DNA of 64,000 nt. It comes from an uncultured virus (IMG/VR IMGVR_UViG_3300032397_003421) (lineage: Duplodnaviria > Heunggongvirae > Uroviricota > Caudoviricetes). Shown here one piece after another: positions 39,409 through 48,573 of the stretch. Each line of letters starts with the position of its first letter. The first letter of the stretch is position 1. Location of the stretch: IMG/VR virus record IMGVR_UViG_3300032397_003421. One strand, 5' to 3'. Made by a program: the position numbers and the translations under genes. Under the pieces are notes generated by a model. It saw only the letters and a program-made list of their open reading frames with translations. It was not told the DNA's origin and did not search any database.

Positions 39409-40640
39409 TAATTTCTCCAATTATTATATAAATTTTCTTTTAATATATTCCATCCATCAATTACTATTTTATCATTAAATTCTTCTTTAGTAAAAGTAAG
39501 ATATTCTTTATGATTTATTGCTATAATAATAATATCACATTGTTTAACTTCTTCTATTGAATAATTTATAAAAATCATATTATTATATTTATCATTATAT
39601 TCTCCTAACGGAAGATTAGGTTCATTTATTTTAATTTGTTCTGGTAAATTACGTTCTAAATATCTAATTAATTTAGGTGTTAAATTATCTCTAGTATCAT
39701 CAGTATTACTTTTAAATGTAAATCCAAAAATTCCAATAGTTTTATTTTTAATATCATTTTGAATTAAATCAACATAAAATTTTGGTGTAAATTCATTAAT
39801 TTTGTAAGCTTGTAATATTAAATCTGTTTGTGGAAAATTTTCATTAATCATTCCCCAATCTTTCGTTAAACATGTGCCTTTTGCAAAACCAGGAGTCAAT
39901 AATCCTTTATTTCTATCATATCCAGGATTCATTAAAGAAAATAATTTATATATATCAACTCCAAATGATTGTGACATATATGAAAAATAATTAGGAATTG
40001 CCATATTTATGTAACGATAAATATTTGTAAATAATTTACTTAATTCAGCTTCAATAAAAGTTGATTTAAAGATTTGAATTCCTAAAATAGAAAAAATATT
40101 TTTTGCAAGATCAAAACTAATATCATCTTTTACTCCAATAACTTGAGGTAATTCTAATAATTCTTTATATGCTTCGCCTTCAACTATTCTTTCAGGACAC
40201 ATTGCTAAATAAAAATCTTTACCAAGAATATAGTTTGTTTTATTTTCAATAATATTTTTGATATACTCAGTTGTATTAGGTGCAACTGTTGATCTAAGAA
40301 TAATTAATTTATTTTTAATATCTATTTTAGAAATTAAATCATTAATTACGAATGTTACTTGAGATAAATCTGTTTCAATATGTTCTCCTAGTGGAGTTCC
40401 AACAGTTAGTATATATGCTTTTGCATCAGGGTAATTTTCATATTTTGAATTATAAATTGTAAAAGTTTCTTTAACTAATTCATCATATCCTGGTTCATAA
40501 AATGGCATTTTATTATTTTTAATACCCTCTATCATTTCATCATTAATATCTACACCACAAACATTTAACTTTTTTTCTCGTAAAGATAATGCCAATGGAA
40601 GACCAACTCTTCCACATCCTATTACACAAATATCATACAT
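39408..40640 (-). CDS. Nucleotide-sugar 6-dehydrogenase (UDP-glucose / GDP-mannose / UDP-ManNAc family)
   Basis: VIGCGRVGLP, VGTP, LRSTV.P, CPER, AELSKLFTN, GTCLTKD, FKSNTDDTRD. Confidence 0.92.
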   Translation of the reverse strand: MYDICVIGCGRVGLPLALSLREKKLNVCGVDINDEMIEGIKNNKMPFYEPGYDELVKETFTIYNSKYENYPDAKAYILTVGTPLGEHIETDLSQVTFVINDLISKIDIKNKLIILRSTVAPNTTEYIKNIIENKTNYILGKDFYLAMCPERIVEGEAYKELLELPQVIGVKDDISFDLAKNIFSILGIQIFKSTFIEAELSKLFTNIYRYINMAIPNYFSYMSQSFGVDIYKLFSLMNPGYDRNKGLLTPGFAKGTCLTKDWGMINENFPQTDLILQAYKINEFTPKFYVDLIQNDIKNKTIGIFGFTFKSNTDDTRDNLTPKLIRYLERNLPEQIKINEPNLPLGEYNDKYNNMIFINYSIEEVKQCDIIIIAINHKEYLTFTKEEFNDKIVIDGWNILKENLYNNWRN

Positions 40641-40662
40641 ATATTAACTCCATTTTTATTTT

Positions 40663-41157
40663 CTATTTTATTCCCGTACTTCCAAAACCACCACTTCCTC
40701 TTGAAGATTCTTTATCTATATAAAGTTCTGAAAATTCTACTTCATATGGTAAAAGATAAGAAATAGGAATTAGTATAAATTGAATTATTTTTTCATTTTG
40801 TTCTATAACCACTATTTCATTAGAAGAATTAATAAGAGAAATATGTATTTCACCTAAATAATCTTCATCTATAGTTTCTGCTGCTTTTATTAAACCTCTT
40901 CTTGAACTTATTCCAGATTTATTAAATGCGTTTAACATAAATCCATCTGGTATATTTGCATGAATACCTGATGGAATTAAACATCTTTCATTTGGATTTA
41001 GGATAATTGCTGTATTATTTATTTGAATATTTGAATTTTTTAATTTAAAATCTAATAAAAATTGTGAATCAAATACAGGAATAAAAAAATCTATTCCAGC
41101 AGATTTTGGAGTTGATCTAATTGGACTTTTTACCTCTCTAATTTTCGAAAATTTCAT
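40663..41157 (-). CDS. dut: Trimeric dUTPase family protein (copy 1, divergent motifs)
   Basis: SAGIDF, NKSG, TIDEDYLGEI, KIIQFIL, RGSGGFGSTG. Confidence 0.85.
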   Translation of the reverse strand: MKFSKIREVKSPIRSTPKSAGIDFFIPVFDSQFLLDFKLKNSNIQINNTAIILNPNERCLIPSGIHANIPDGFMLNAFNKSGISSRRGLIKAAETIDEDYLGEIHISLINSSNEIVVIEQNEKIIQFILIPISYLLPYEVEFSELYIDKESSRGSGGFGSTGIK

Positions 41158-41185
41158 TAACTATATTCTCCTTATTATTAATTCT

Positions 41186-41479
41186 TTATTTTATTAAAAA
41201 TCTTATTTGATCAGAATCCCCTTTAGAAGAAATTTTCATAAATGATAAAAATTCAGCAGGTAGAGACTTATAAGTTTGAGAATAATATCCACTAAGTGTT
41301 TTATTACCAATACTATGCCAAATTCCTACACCTTCTTGTATAAATTCTTTTAAACTCTTAGTTGATTCATATTCAGTATATTCTTTTGAAATAAGGTAAG
41401 TACTCAGCATAAAATAAAATTTTAAACTATTTATTATTTCATATCTTGAAGAATCTTCATTATTATTCAAAATTACCAC
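41186..41479 (-). CDS. Hypothetical protein
   Basis: 97 aa, first gene after the promoter at 41498-41526. Confidence 0.45.
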   Translation of the reverse strand: MVILNNNEDSSRYEIINSLKFYFMLSTYLISKEYTEYESTKSLKEFIQEGVGIWHSIGNKTLSGYYSQTYKSLPAEFLSFMKISSKGDSDQIRFLIK

Positions 41480-41497
41480 CTTTTTAATATATTTTTA

Positions 41498-41526
41498 TAT
41501 ATATAAAATTTTTATAAAAAATTAAA
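41498..41526 (-). promoter_or_regulatory. Early-type promoter TTTAAT-N17-TATATA heading the modification operon
   Basis: Repeated intergenic motif. Confidence 0.55.
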
Positions 41527-41529
41527 CTT

Positions 41530-41724
41530 TTAATTTTCTTTTATTGCATTCGCTGGACATTCAAAATTTATAATACAAGTTTTACAATTTTTACATTTAG
41601 TTTGATCTATAGTACTTTGTGAATATCCTTTCTTAATTATATTTAAATGATCTATTTGAATAGCTTCAAAAGGACATTCTTCTACACACATCCCACACGA
41701 AATACAGTCTTCTATAATTCTCAA
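41530..41724 (-). CDS. 2x[4Fe-4S] ferredoxin
   Basis: CISCGMCVEECP and CKNCKTCIINFECP. Confidence 0.85.
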   Translation of the reverse strand: MRIIEDCISCGMCVEECPFEAIQIDHLNIIKKGYSQSTIDQTKCKNCKTCIINFECPANAIKEN

Positions 41725-42548
41725 TCTATTTCTCCTATTTTATAATAGCAAATTTCATTTAATACGGTTTCTCTTTTTCTATTAGGACTTATATTTTTTA
41801 ATTTATTCAAATAGATTTTATTTTTAAAATATTTATTACCTATTTCATTCTCTATATCAAAATAAATAATATCATTGGAAATAAAATCTAATTGTTTAAA
41901 CATTTCTTCCAAATCCTGTATACTCCATCCATTAGAATTAACCATTTTATTTATTTGATAGGGGGGATCTAAAATATATAAACTATTTTTTAAATTTATA
42001 ATATTAAAAGCATTATTTGATATAAATAATTTATCTTTAATGAGTTTAAAGTTTTTTAAAGAATATTCAAAATCTCTACATGTATAATTACTAATAAACC
42101 TGTTCCCAAAACTTTGATTAAATCCATTAGGTCCAAATCTATACATAGTATTTATACAACTATTTACTAAAATTATTAAACCAAATGCTTCTTCTTTAGT
42201 CTGCTTTTTCCATAAAATATTATTAAAATAATCTCTAAAATTATAATATCCATTATAAGTTGAAACATTATATTGAAGATTATTTACGTAAGTAGTAAAC
42301 TCACCTTCATCTATTAAGAATAGATGTTCATAAATATTTAATAAATTAATATCTATTTCTGAAACATAATAACTATTAAATTGTTTTTGTAAATTTAATA
42401 ATATTTGTGCAGAACCTAAAAAAGGTTCAACATAAATATTTTTATTTGATTTTTTTACAAGATCATTTATCATATCTAAATGAATAAGTTTATTACCCAT
42501 ATATTGGAATAGTCTAGATATAATTTGTTTTCTTTGTAAAAAACTCAA
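41721..42548 (-). CDS. Dam-like (D12 class) DNA N6-adenine methyltransferase
   Basis: FQYMGNK, YVEPFLGSA, RF...GFNQSFG, ILDPPY. Confidence 0.85.
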   Translation of the reverse strand: MSFLQRKQIISRLFQYMGNKLIHLDMINDLVKKSNKNIYVEPFLGSAQILLNLQKQFNSYYVSEIDINLLNIYEHLFLIDEGEFTTYVNNLQYNVSTYNGYYNFRDYFNNILWKKQTKEEAFGLIILVNSCINTMYRFGPNGFNQSFGNRFISNYTCRDFEYSLKNFKLIKDKLFISNNAFNIINLKNSLYILDPPYQINKMVNSNGWSIQDLEEMFKQLDFISNDIIYFDIENEIGNKYFKNKIYLNKLKNISPNRKRETVLNEICYYKIGEID

Positions 42549-42841
42549 TCTATTTCCTCCTCAAAAGTAAGCCAATCTTTTTCAATCATTAGTAATGATA
42601 AATAGCCAAATAAATCACAAACATCCGATTTACGTAATCCTTCATTACTATTTTTTATTCTATTTAGCTTATCGTCTATTCTTATACATATTGAATTACT
42701 TGCATCTAATTTAGAAAATAATTGCATAGGACTTATTGCAGAATCTCCATAACGTTTATTTTTCTCTTTAAGGAATTCTCCAAAATTAAACATAAGTCTA
42801 TCTATTTTTTCTTGAGTAGTATATTTTTTTTCTGTTGACAT
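42545..42841 (-). CDS. DUF1599 / nucleotide-modification-associated domain protein
   Basis: EKNKRYGDSA..IRIDDKLNRI..DLFGY. Confidence 0.7.
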   Translation of the reverse strand: MSTEKKYTTQEKIDRLMFNFGEFLKEKNKRYGDSAISPMQLFSKLDASNSICIRIDDKLNRIKNSNEGLRKSDVCDLFGYLSLLMIEKDWLTFEEEID

Positions 42842-42850
42842 AAGCTCTCT

Positions 42851-43273
42851 TTAATTTAAATTTGAAATTATTGGTGTTTCTTTGTTCTCTGTTAAATTTT
42901 TATTCAATATCTCTTTCATAAGAATATCTCTAATATCTTCATAGCTTTTTTTAGTATCAAACATTTTTTCTATTATTGTAGTTTCCCATAATATATCTAT
43001 GCATACCCCAGTCTCATCAAAAATAGTATAAAAAGAACTATCCATTACACACATAATTTGATGATTTGCTAATTCTATAATAATAGTTGAAAATAGAATC
43101 ATGTCTCTAGGATCAGAGATATAAGCAAGATCAAATGAAATATGCCATTTATTATCAAATTCTGCTATTATTCCCATAGGTATTTGGAAGCTATTATCTT
43201 TTTTATTATAAAAAATATATTCTTCTTCAAAATAGTTCATAAATATAGTTTTTATTATTTTATATTCCTGCAT
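42851..43273 (-). CDS. Hypothetical protein
   Basis: 140-aa ORF. Confidence 0.55.
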   Translation of the reverse strand: MQEYKIIKTIFMNYFEEEYIFYNKKDNSFQIPMGIIAEFDNKWHISFDLAYISDPRDMILFSTIIIELANHQIMCVMDSSFYTIFDETGVCIDILWETTIIEKMFDTKKSYEDIRDILMKEILNKNLTENKETPIISNLN

Positions 43274-43276
43274 ACT

Positions 43277-43435
43277 TTATTCCTTTATTTTATTAAATTT
43301 TGGACAAACTATTTGTACAACTAAATGAGATTGTTTACATCTTTCTTTACATTTTTTACATAATTCTGAAAAATTAGACCAATACCATTTACTATATTGT
43401 TTATCTGACATTGAATTAATATTTATATTTTCCAT
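43277..43435 (-). CDS. Small Cys-rich protein (52 aa, below the ORF-track cutoff)
   Basis: CKKCKERCKQSHLVVQIVCPKF; coupled to the dUTPase stop codon. Confidence 0.5.
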   Translation of the reverse strand: MENININSMSDKQYSKWYWSNFSELCKKCKERCKQSHLVVQIVCPKFNKIKE

Positions 43436-43869
43436 TATTTTGTACCTGTTGACCCAAAACCACCTCTTGGATTATCTGTCATATGTTCTACTTCTGTAAT
43501 AAGTATTTGAGGCATTTTTTCTACTACTCGAAATTGACAAACTCTATCATTCTTTTTTATATAAGATTCTCTTGTTGCATATATTGGCATTTTTACAATA
43601 TCAGATTCTCCACAAAACGATTCATCTAAAATTCCCATAGAATTTATTTGTAAAATTCCCCAAATTTTAAAAGTAGAAGATCTTGGTAATATATGCATTT
43701 CATATCCAGGAGGAACTTTAACAGATACACCTAAATCAATAAGTCTAAAATCACCTTGTTCTATATGATAATCATAAGCACTTCTTAAATCTATCCAATC
43801 TCCTTTCTCTATTTTTTCTATTTTAATTAAATCTAATACATGATATTTTACTTTTAATTCAAGAATCAT
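43435..43869 (-). CDS. dut: Trimeric dUTPase (copy 2)
   Basis: GDWIDL, PRSSTF, GILDESFCG, RVCQFR, RGGFGSTG. Confidence 0.9.
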   Translation of the reverse strand: MILELKVKYHVLDLIKIEKIEKGDWIDLRSAYDYHIEQGDFRLIDLGVSVKVPPGYEMHILPRSSTFKIWGILQINSMGILDESFCGESDIVKMPIYATRESYIKKNDRVCQFRVVEKMPQILITEVEHMTDNPRGGFGSTGTK

Positions 43870-43957
43870 TTTACTTCTCCTAAATCATAGCTTTCAAATC
43901 TTTCTTATTATTTAAATTAATCAAAAAATAAAATTCTTATAAAATATCATTTATCTT

Positions 43958-44377
43958 TTAAAGTACTTCTATTTCTTTTTTTTCTTTAAAGGTCATTTTG
44001 TTAATATTTATTAAAGGTATACCTGGTATTACTCTAGTATTCTTTAAAAATATTAAATGAATAAGATTTTGAATATTTTTATCTGAAATATCATCAATTT
44101 GAGATTTATTTGTTTTTACTATTTTTGGAAAAAGATCTTTAATACCTTCTCTAAGCATATCAATATAAATTTCCATTACATTATATTCTAAAGAACTTTC
44201 ACCTCTAGTTAAAAAAATTTTACTATCTAATTCAGGATAATAAAGAGTTTTAGATAATTTACGATTTATGAGTTCTTGTTCTCCTTCTTTAAATTGCAAT
44301 TCTAATTCTTCTATTATTTTTTTAATTTCAATTAATTCTTTTCCTATCTGTTCAATGGATTTTTCTAAAATATCCAT
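43958..44377 (-). CDS. Hypothetical protein
   Basis: 139 aa, AAGGAG RBS, early promoter upstream. Confidence 0.55.
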   Translation of the reverse strand: MDILEKSIEQIGKELIEIKKIIEELELQFKEGEQELINRKLSKTLYYPELDSKIFLTRGESSLEYNVMEIYIDMLREGIKDLFPKIVKTNKSQIDDISDKNIQNLIHLIFLKNTRVIPGIPLININKMTFKEKKEIEVL

Positions 44378-44402
44378 AATCTTTTCTCCTTGTTTTTTTT
44401 AT

Positions 44403-44430
44403 ATTATATAAAAAAATTTTTAAAATAAAA
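44403..44430 (-). promoter_or_regulatory. Early-type promoter TTTTAT-N16-TATAAT
   Basis: Variant of the repeated motif with a consensus -10. Confidence 0.55.
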
Positions 44431-44447
44431 CTTTTAAAAAAATTATA

Positions 44448-45005
44448 TTATATACATAATGAAGTAAAATAAATAAAATTATTTATATTTATATAATCTT
44501 CAAATAAAACTCCAATACCTCTATTAGAAGTATCACTTATGAACATTATCCCATTTATTTTATATACAATTAAAGAATGTCTACCAGTTTTTTTAGCATT
44601 TATTATTCGTAATGTCCCAATAAATTCTGTTTGTGTTAATGACCAAGTAATAAATTCTTCATAATTATTAGATCCAATTACATTTATTCCAAATTTTTTA
44701 GCAAATAATATTTGAAAAACTCCATCATAAAAACCAAATGATTCTAAAAGATAACTATCTTCTGGTTTTATCCAATGATTATTTTTACACTTACTAAGAA
44801 AAGCAATAACACTATCTTCAATTAAATTTTTGGATATTGCTTCTAACCCAAATGTAATTAATTTACAGATAGATCCTATACTTTTTTTAGCTTGTATATC
44901 ATTAAATTCGAATGCAGTTTTTACTTCTTTTAAAAGGAGATTTTTTGAATCAAATACAAATTGATTTCTTGTTGCGATACTATTATTTAATTTTATTATA
45001 TCCAT
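44448..45005 (-). CDS. Hypothetical protein, possible papain/C39-like cysteine peptidase
   Basis: Q..(GSIC)..GRHSLIV..ISDTS gives Cys-His-Asp order. Confidence 0.35.
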   Translation of the reverse strand: MDIIKLNNSIATRNQFVFDSKNLLLKEVKTAFEFNDIQAKKSIGSICKLITFGLEAISKNLIEDSVIAFLSKCKNNHWIKPEDSYLLESFGFYDGVFQILFAKKFGINVIGSNNYEEFITWSLTQTEFIGTLRIINAKKTGRHSLIVYKINGIMFISDTSNRGIGVLFEDYININNFIYFTSLCI

Positions 45006-45020
45006 AATTCCTCTTTTCTA

Positions 45021-47030
45021 TTAATTCACAATTTCACGATCAAAATCTCCATTACTAAATTCTCTTCTTATTGTATGATCATAAATTTGTTTAAATGTTG
45101 ACATATCACTTACATCTACGAAAAAACCTACTACTCTAGCAATTTTCTTTTTAATTAATTTACCACATTTAGCACAAGTCTCTCTATTACCTATAATTAC
45201 ATGTCCATCAACACACTGACAAAAAGTTCCAGTTATTGCAAAATGTTCTAAATTACATTCTATTGCATAATTAATAAGTTTTTCAGCTTGTTTAGATGTA
45301 ATGTGTTCCCCTGTATTTATATGTGATATACCTCCACCAGTTAAACTATTAAGATATTTACCATCTATTTCCATTTTTTCCCATATTGTATGCTTTTGAT
45401 CAGTTAGTGGCACAAATTGATTAGAGTAAATATTGTAAGGAATATTTTTTTCACCAAATAACAATTTATCTATTCTTGGTAATCTATGAGACATAGATTC
45501 TCCAGGTACTTGTTCAATATTAAAAGTACATCCAATAAAATTTTCATTATTTGAATTTACCTCATTATTAAAATAATCAAGAAATTCTTTTAATATATCT
45601 ATATTTTTTAATTGTTTAAATTTATTTTTTAAAATTTCCTCTGCTTCTACATATCCTAATATTCCAAGAGTAGAAAACATTCTTTCTAACCGAATCCAAC
45701 CAATTTGAAGAAATAATTGAGAATGTTTAGAATCTTCTAATAGTTGTTTATGAGAATATAATATTTTTTTAGCATTATTTGTATGTACTTTTATTAATTC
45801 AAAAAATTCTTCATATGTTTTACTCATTAATGCAAATCTAGCAAAATTTAATGTTAGTACTCTATGACTACCAAGAGATATAGATCCACCTGCACCAAAA
45901 CTATTTGCTTGAGCAGCTAATTCTATCATTTCTATAGAATTAATTAGGCGGCAACAAGATGCAATTTTATTTCCTTCACTTACAAAAACATTATATCTAT
46001 AAATATCTTTTTTACAAACAGATTTAAGAAATGATTTATCTTCTATAACCCATTTTCCTTCTTTATCTCTTTTCTTAGATATATTTAAAGTCGCGATTGG
46101 AAAACGATAAGGAATTCCATCATTCATTGGATCCCCTTTATCGAAAAATTCCATAAAAATATTTTGTAATTCTAAAATAAAATCTATCACTGTATCTAAA
46201 TCATATGGATAATATCCATCTTCTTGCATATAATACCAATTATATTCTTCTTTAACAAGTTTATTAAGTTTTTCTCTATCAAATAAAGATATATTTGTAA
46301 ATGGGCATTCAACTCCTCCACTTCTACTTAAAGAATTAAAGCCATGTATTACTTTTTGATATTGATTTTTTATATATTTTCTATAAATGGGATCTTGTAA
46401 ATCTTCTATTTTTTTATTTTCTTTTAATAAAAGTAGATGCGCAATATCAAGAAAAAAAGTTCCTACTGCAATTGCACCAGCAAGCGCGTTTGACATTTGA
46501 TGAATAATTTCATTAAGAAGAGAAGTATATGAATCTAATCTTTTAACAGGACTAGAAGGAAGTTGACCAAAGTTTTTACCCATAGTAACTAATTTACTTG
46601 CATCAAAAGCCCAACAATAAGGAACCATAATATTTGTACTATCTGATAAAGCTAAAGTATAATCATACATCAAAGATGTTAAATGTTTTGCTTCTTTCTT
46701 ACCATATATTTCAGCCATTTTACGATAAAGAAATCTATATCCTGTTATTTTTTCAAAAGGAGTCATAGATTCTTTCATAATTCCTTTTATTGTTTTTGTT
46801 CCTTTATTACTATTATCATCCCAACTTTCATCATTCAATTTACCTATTACTAATTTTTCTATTTTATCTATAACAGAAAAATCTTCTTTTCTCATTCCGT
46901 GTATTTTAAGAATTTGATCTGTAATTACCTCACTTTCTTCTACTTCAATACCATATGTTTTTATAAGTTGATTTTGTAAAGATTTATACACTGAATTTAT
47001 TGCTTGATTTATTGATGATTTTTCAAACAT
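45021..47030 (-). CDS. nrdD: Anaerobic (class III) ribonucleoside-triphosphate reductase
   Basis: PYCWA, PFTNIS, YRFPIAT, ASCCRL, EQVPGES, LTGGGISH, ARVVGFF glycyl-radical motif. Confidence 0.93.
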   Translation of the reverse strand: MFEKSSINQAINSVYKSLQNQLIKTYGIEVEESEVITDQILKIHGMRKEDFSVIDKIEKLVIGKLNDESWDDNSNKGTKTIKGIMKESMTPFEKITGYRFLYRKMAEIYGKKEAKHLTSLMYDYTLALSDSTNIMVPYCWAFDASKLVTMGKNFGQLPSSPVKRLDSYTSLLNEIIHQMSNALAGAIAVGTFFLDIAHLLLLKENKKIEDLQDPIYRKYIKNQYQKVIHGFNSLSRSGGVECPFTNISLFDREKLNKLVKEEYNWYYMQEDGYYPYDLDTVIDFILELQNIFMEFFDKGDPMNDGIPYRFPIATLNISKKRDKEGKWVIEDKSFLKSVCKKDIYRYNVFVSEGNKIASCCRLINSIEMIELAAQANSFGAGGSISLGSHRVLTLNFARFALMSKTYEEFFELIKVHTNNAKKILYSHKQLLEDSKHSQLFLQIGWIRLERMFSTLGILGYVEAEEILKNKFKQLKNIDILKEFLDYFNNEVNSNNENFIGCTFNIEQVPGESMSHRLPRIDKLLFGEKNIPYNIYSNQFVPLTDQKHTIWEKMEIDGKYLNSLTGGGISHINTGEHITSKQAEKLINYAIECNLEHFAITGTFCQCVDGHVIIGNRETCAKCGKLIKKKIARVVGFFVDVSDMSTFKQIYDHTIRREFSNGDFDREIVN

Positions 47031-47095
47031 AAAGGAACTTCCTTATTTTGTTTAATTTATCTATAATAGTAGAAATTATTTATACATCTTAAACT

Positions 47096-47638
47096 TTAAA
47101 AATACATCCTACCATCACGAGTACAAAGATTAAAAATAGAATTATATATTTTTTGATTTGTAGAAGCAAGTTGAAAATAATGTTCAGTTTTCATTGGTTC
47201 TTGTTTTAATTCTTCTTGATATTCTCCAGTTTTAAGATATGTAAAACCAAGTATATTTTTTCTTTTTACTTGTTCAATGGAATCTCCAGTATAAAGACAA
47301 ATATCAAATAAATTACCATAACTTCTTATAAATAATTTTGTAAATGCTGCATTTTTTTCATATAAGAAATCTGCTCCTCCTAATACAAGTTTATTTGTAT
47401 TATTTTTATAACAAAAAGTATATAATTCAGCATATAACTGTTTTACTGTGAATGTTTTAATAGTAAGATTTAAATTTTCAGGAATTAAATTATAATCATG
47501 TAATATAGTATTATGACATCCTTTACAATAGTGATTACATCCAATACAACTAAGATATGCACTATAACTATCATTATCAGGATAATCTAACCAAGTACCT
47601 GAAAAAGGATATAAAATTTTTATTACTGGGTTAATCAT
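47096..47638 (-). CDS. nrdG: Anaerobic RNR activating radical-SAM protein
   Basis: GCNHYCKGCHN, LGG, LYTG, LKTGEY, STNQ; adjacent to nrdD. Confidence 0.88.
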   Translation of the reverse strand: MINPVIKILYPFSGTWLDYPDNDSYSAYLSCIGCNHYCKGCHNTILHDYNLIPENLNLTIKTFTVKQLYAELYTFCYKNNTNKLVLGGADFLYEKNAAFTKLFIRSYGNLFDICLYTGDSIEQVKRKNILGFTYLKTGEYQEELKQEPMKTEHYFQLASTNQKIYNSIFNLCTRDGRMYF

Positions 47639-47665
47639 AGAAGACCTCTTTTAGCTGTAATTATA

Positions 47666-47878
47666 CTATCTTTTGATACTTAATAAATTCTTTTTAATAA
47701 TTTCTAATTCTGCATATATTTCACCTAATTTATAAAGAATAAATGAAATAGTAATAGCGCTAGTATTATGAACTCCTAATAATTCTATTTGTTTTCTAAG
47801 TTCAGAGGATAAAAATTCTGATTTTTTAAAACTATATTCCAATTTATTCATTTTTATCTTTAATATTAATATTATCAA
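47666..47878 (-). CDS. Hypothetical protein
   Basis: Short ORF in operon. Confidence 0.4.
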   Translation of the reverse strand: MIILILKIKMNKLEYSFKKSEFLSSELRKQIELLGVHNTSAITISFILYKLGEIYAELEIIKKNLLSIKR

Positions 47879-48572
47879 ATATTTTACTTACATTATATTG
47901 TCTAAGTTCTTTTATAGATTCCGTTAATTGTACAGAAAAAAAGTTACGATCTATAAGTTCAGAAATAGACTTACCAAAATGTTGTCTTATATTATTTTTA
48001 TCATAGTTTGAAGTTGTTATTATTTTTGTTTTTGATGCTAGTACTTCACGAAGAAATTGATCCCATTCTGAAATGATCATTGTTTTATTATTACTTCCCC
48101 ACATAAGAGATTTTTCTATATCAAAAATATCATCAATTGCTAATAAATCACAATTTTTTAATTCTTGAATATCATCATATATTTCTTGTATAAAATTAAA
48201 TCCTTGAAGTTTCATAAGCTTATCTATTAAAGTACCAGCTAATATTGTTTTAACTTTCATTTCATTTTTTATTGCTTGTTTACAGATATTATACATTAAA
48301 GCACTTTTTTGTGTTGAATGATTTCCATATAAAAATAAATGTATATGATTAAATTCTTTTTTATGACAATTATTTGCATAATATTCTATATATAAATATT
48401 CTTTATTTGCTTTATCTCCTTTATAATTTTCAAAATTAATATTCCAATAAAATTCTGGAATTCCACTTTTTTCTAAATTTATATTATATCGTAATTCTTT
48501 TTTAAGTTTTAAAGTTTCTTCAGATTCATATGCATAAATTTCTCCATCTTCATTTTTATATTGTAATGTCAT
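47844..48572 (-). CDS. DnaC/IstB-like helicase loader ATPase
   Basis: SGIP..F.NY, degenerate Walker A LYGNHSTQKS, DLLAIDD, IITTSN, IDR. Confidence 0.7.
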   Translation of the reverse strand: MTLQYKNEDGEIYAYESEETLKLKKELRYNINLEKSGIPEFYWNINFENYKGDKANKEYLYIEYYANNCHKKEFNHIHLFLYGNHSTQKSALMYNICKQAIKNEMKVKTILAGTLIDKLMKLQGFNFIQEIYDDIQELKNCDLLAIDDIFDIEKSLMWGSNNKTMIISEWDQFLREVLASKTKIITTSNYDKNNIRQHFGKSISELIDRNFFSVQLTESIKELRQYNVSKIFDNINIKDKNE

Positions 48573-48573
48573 G

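Noticed and set aside
34953..40640. Host LPS/capsule locus (bacterial contamination or prophage flank)
   Set aside because: The genes are interleaved with phage nucleotide genes, share the phage promoter motif and composition, and lack flippase, polymerase or export genes.
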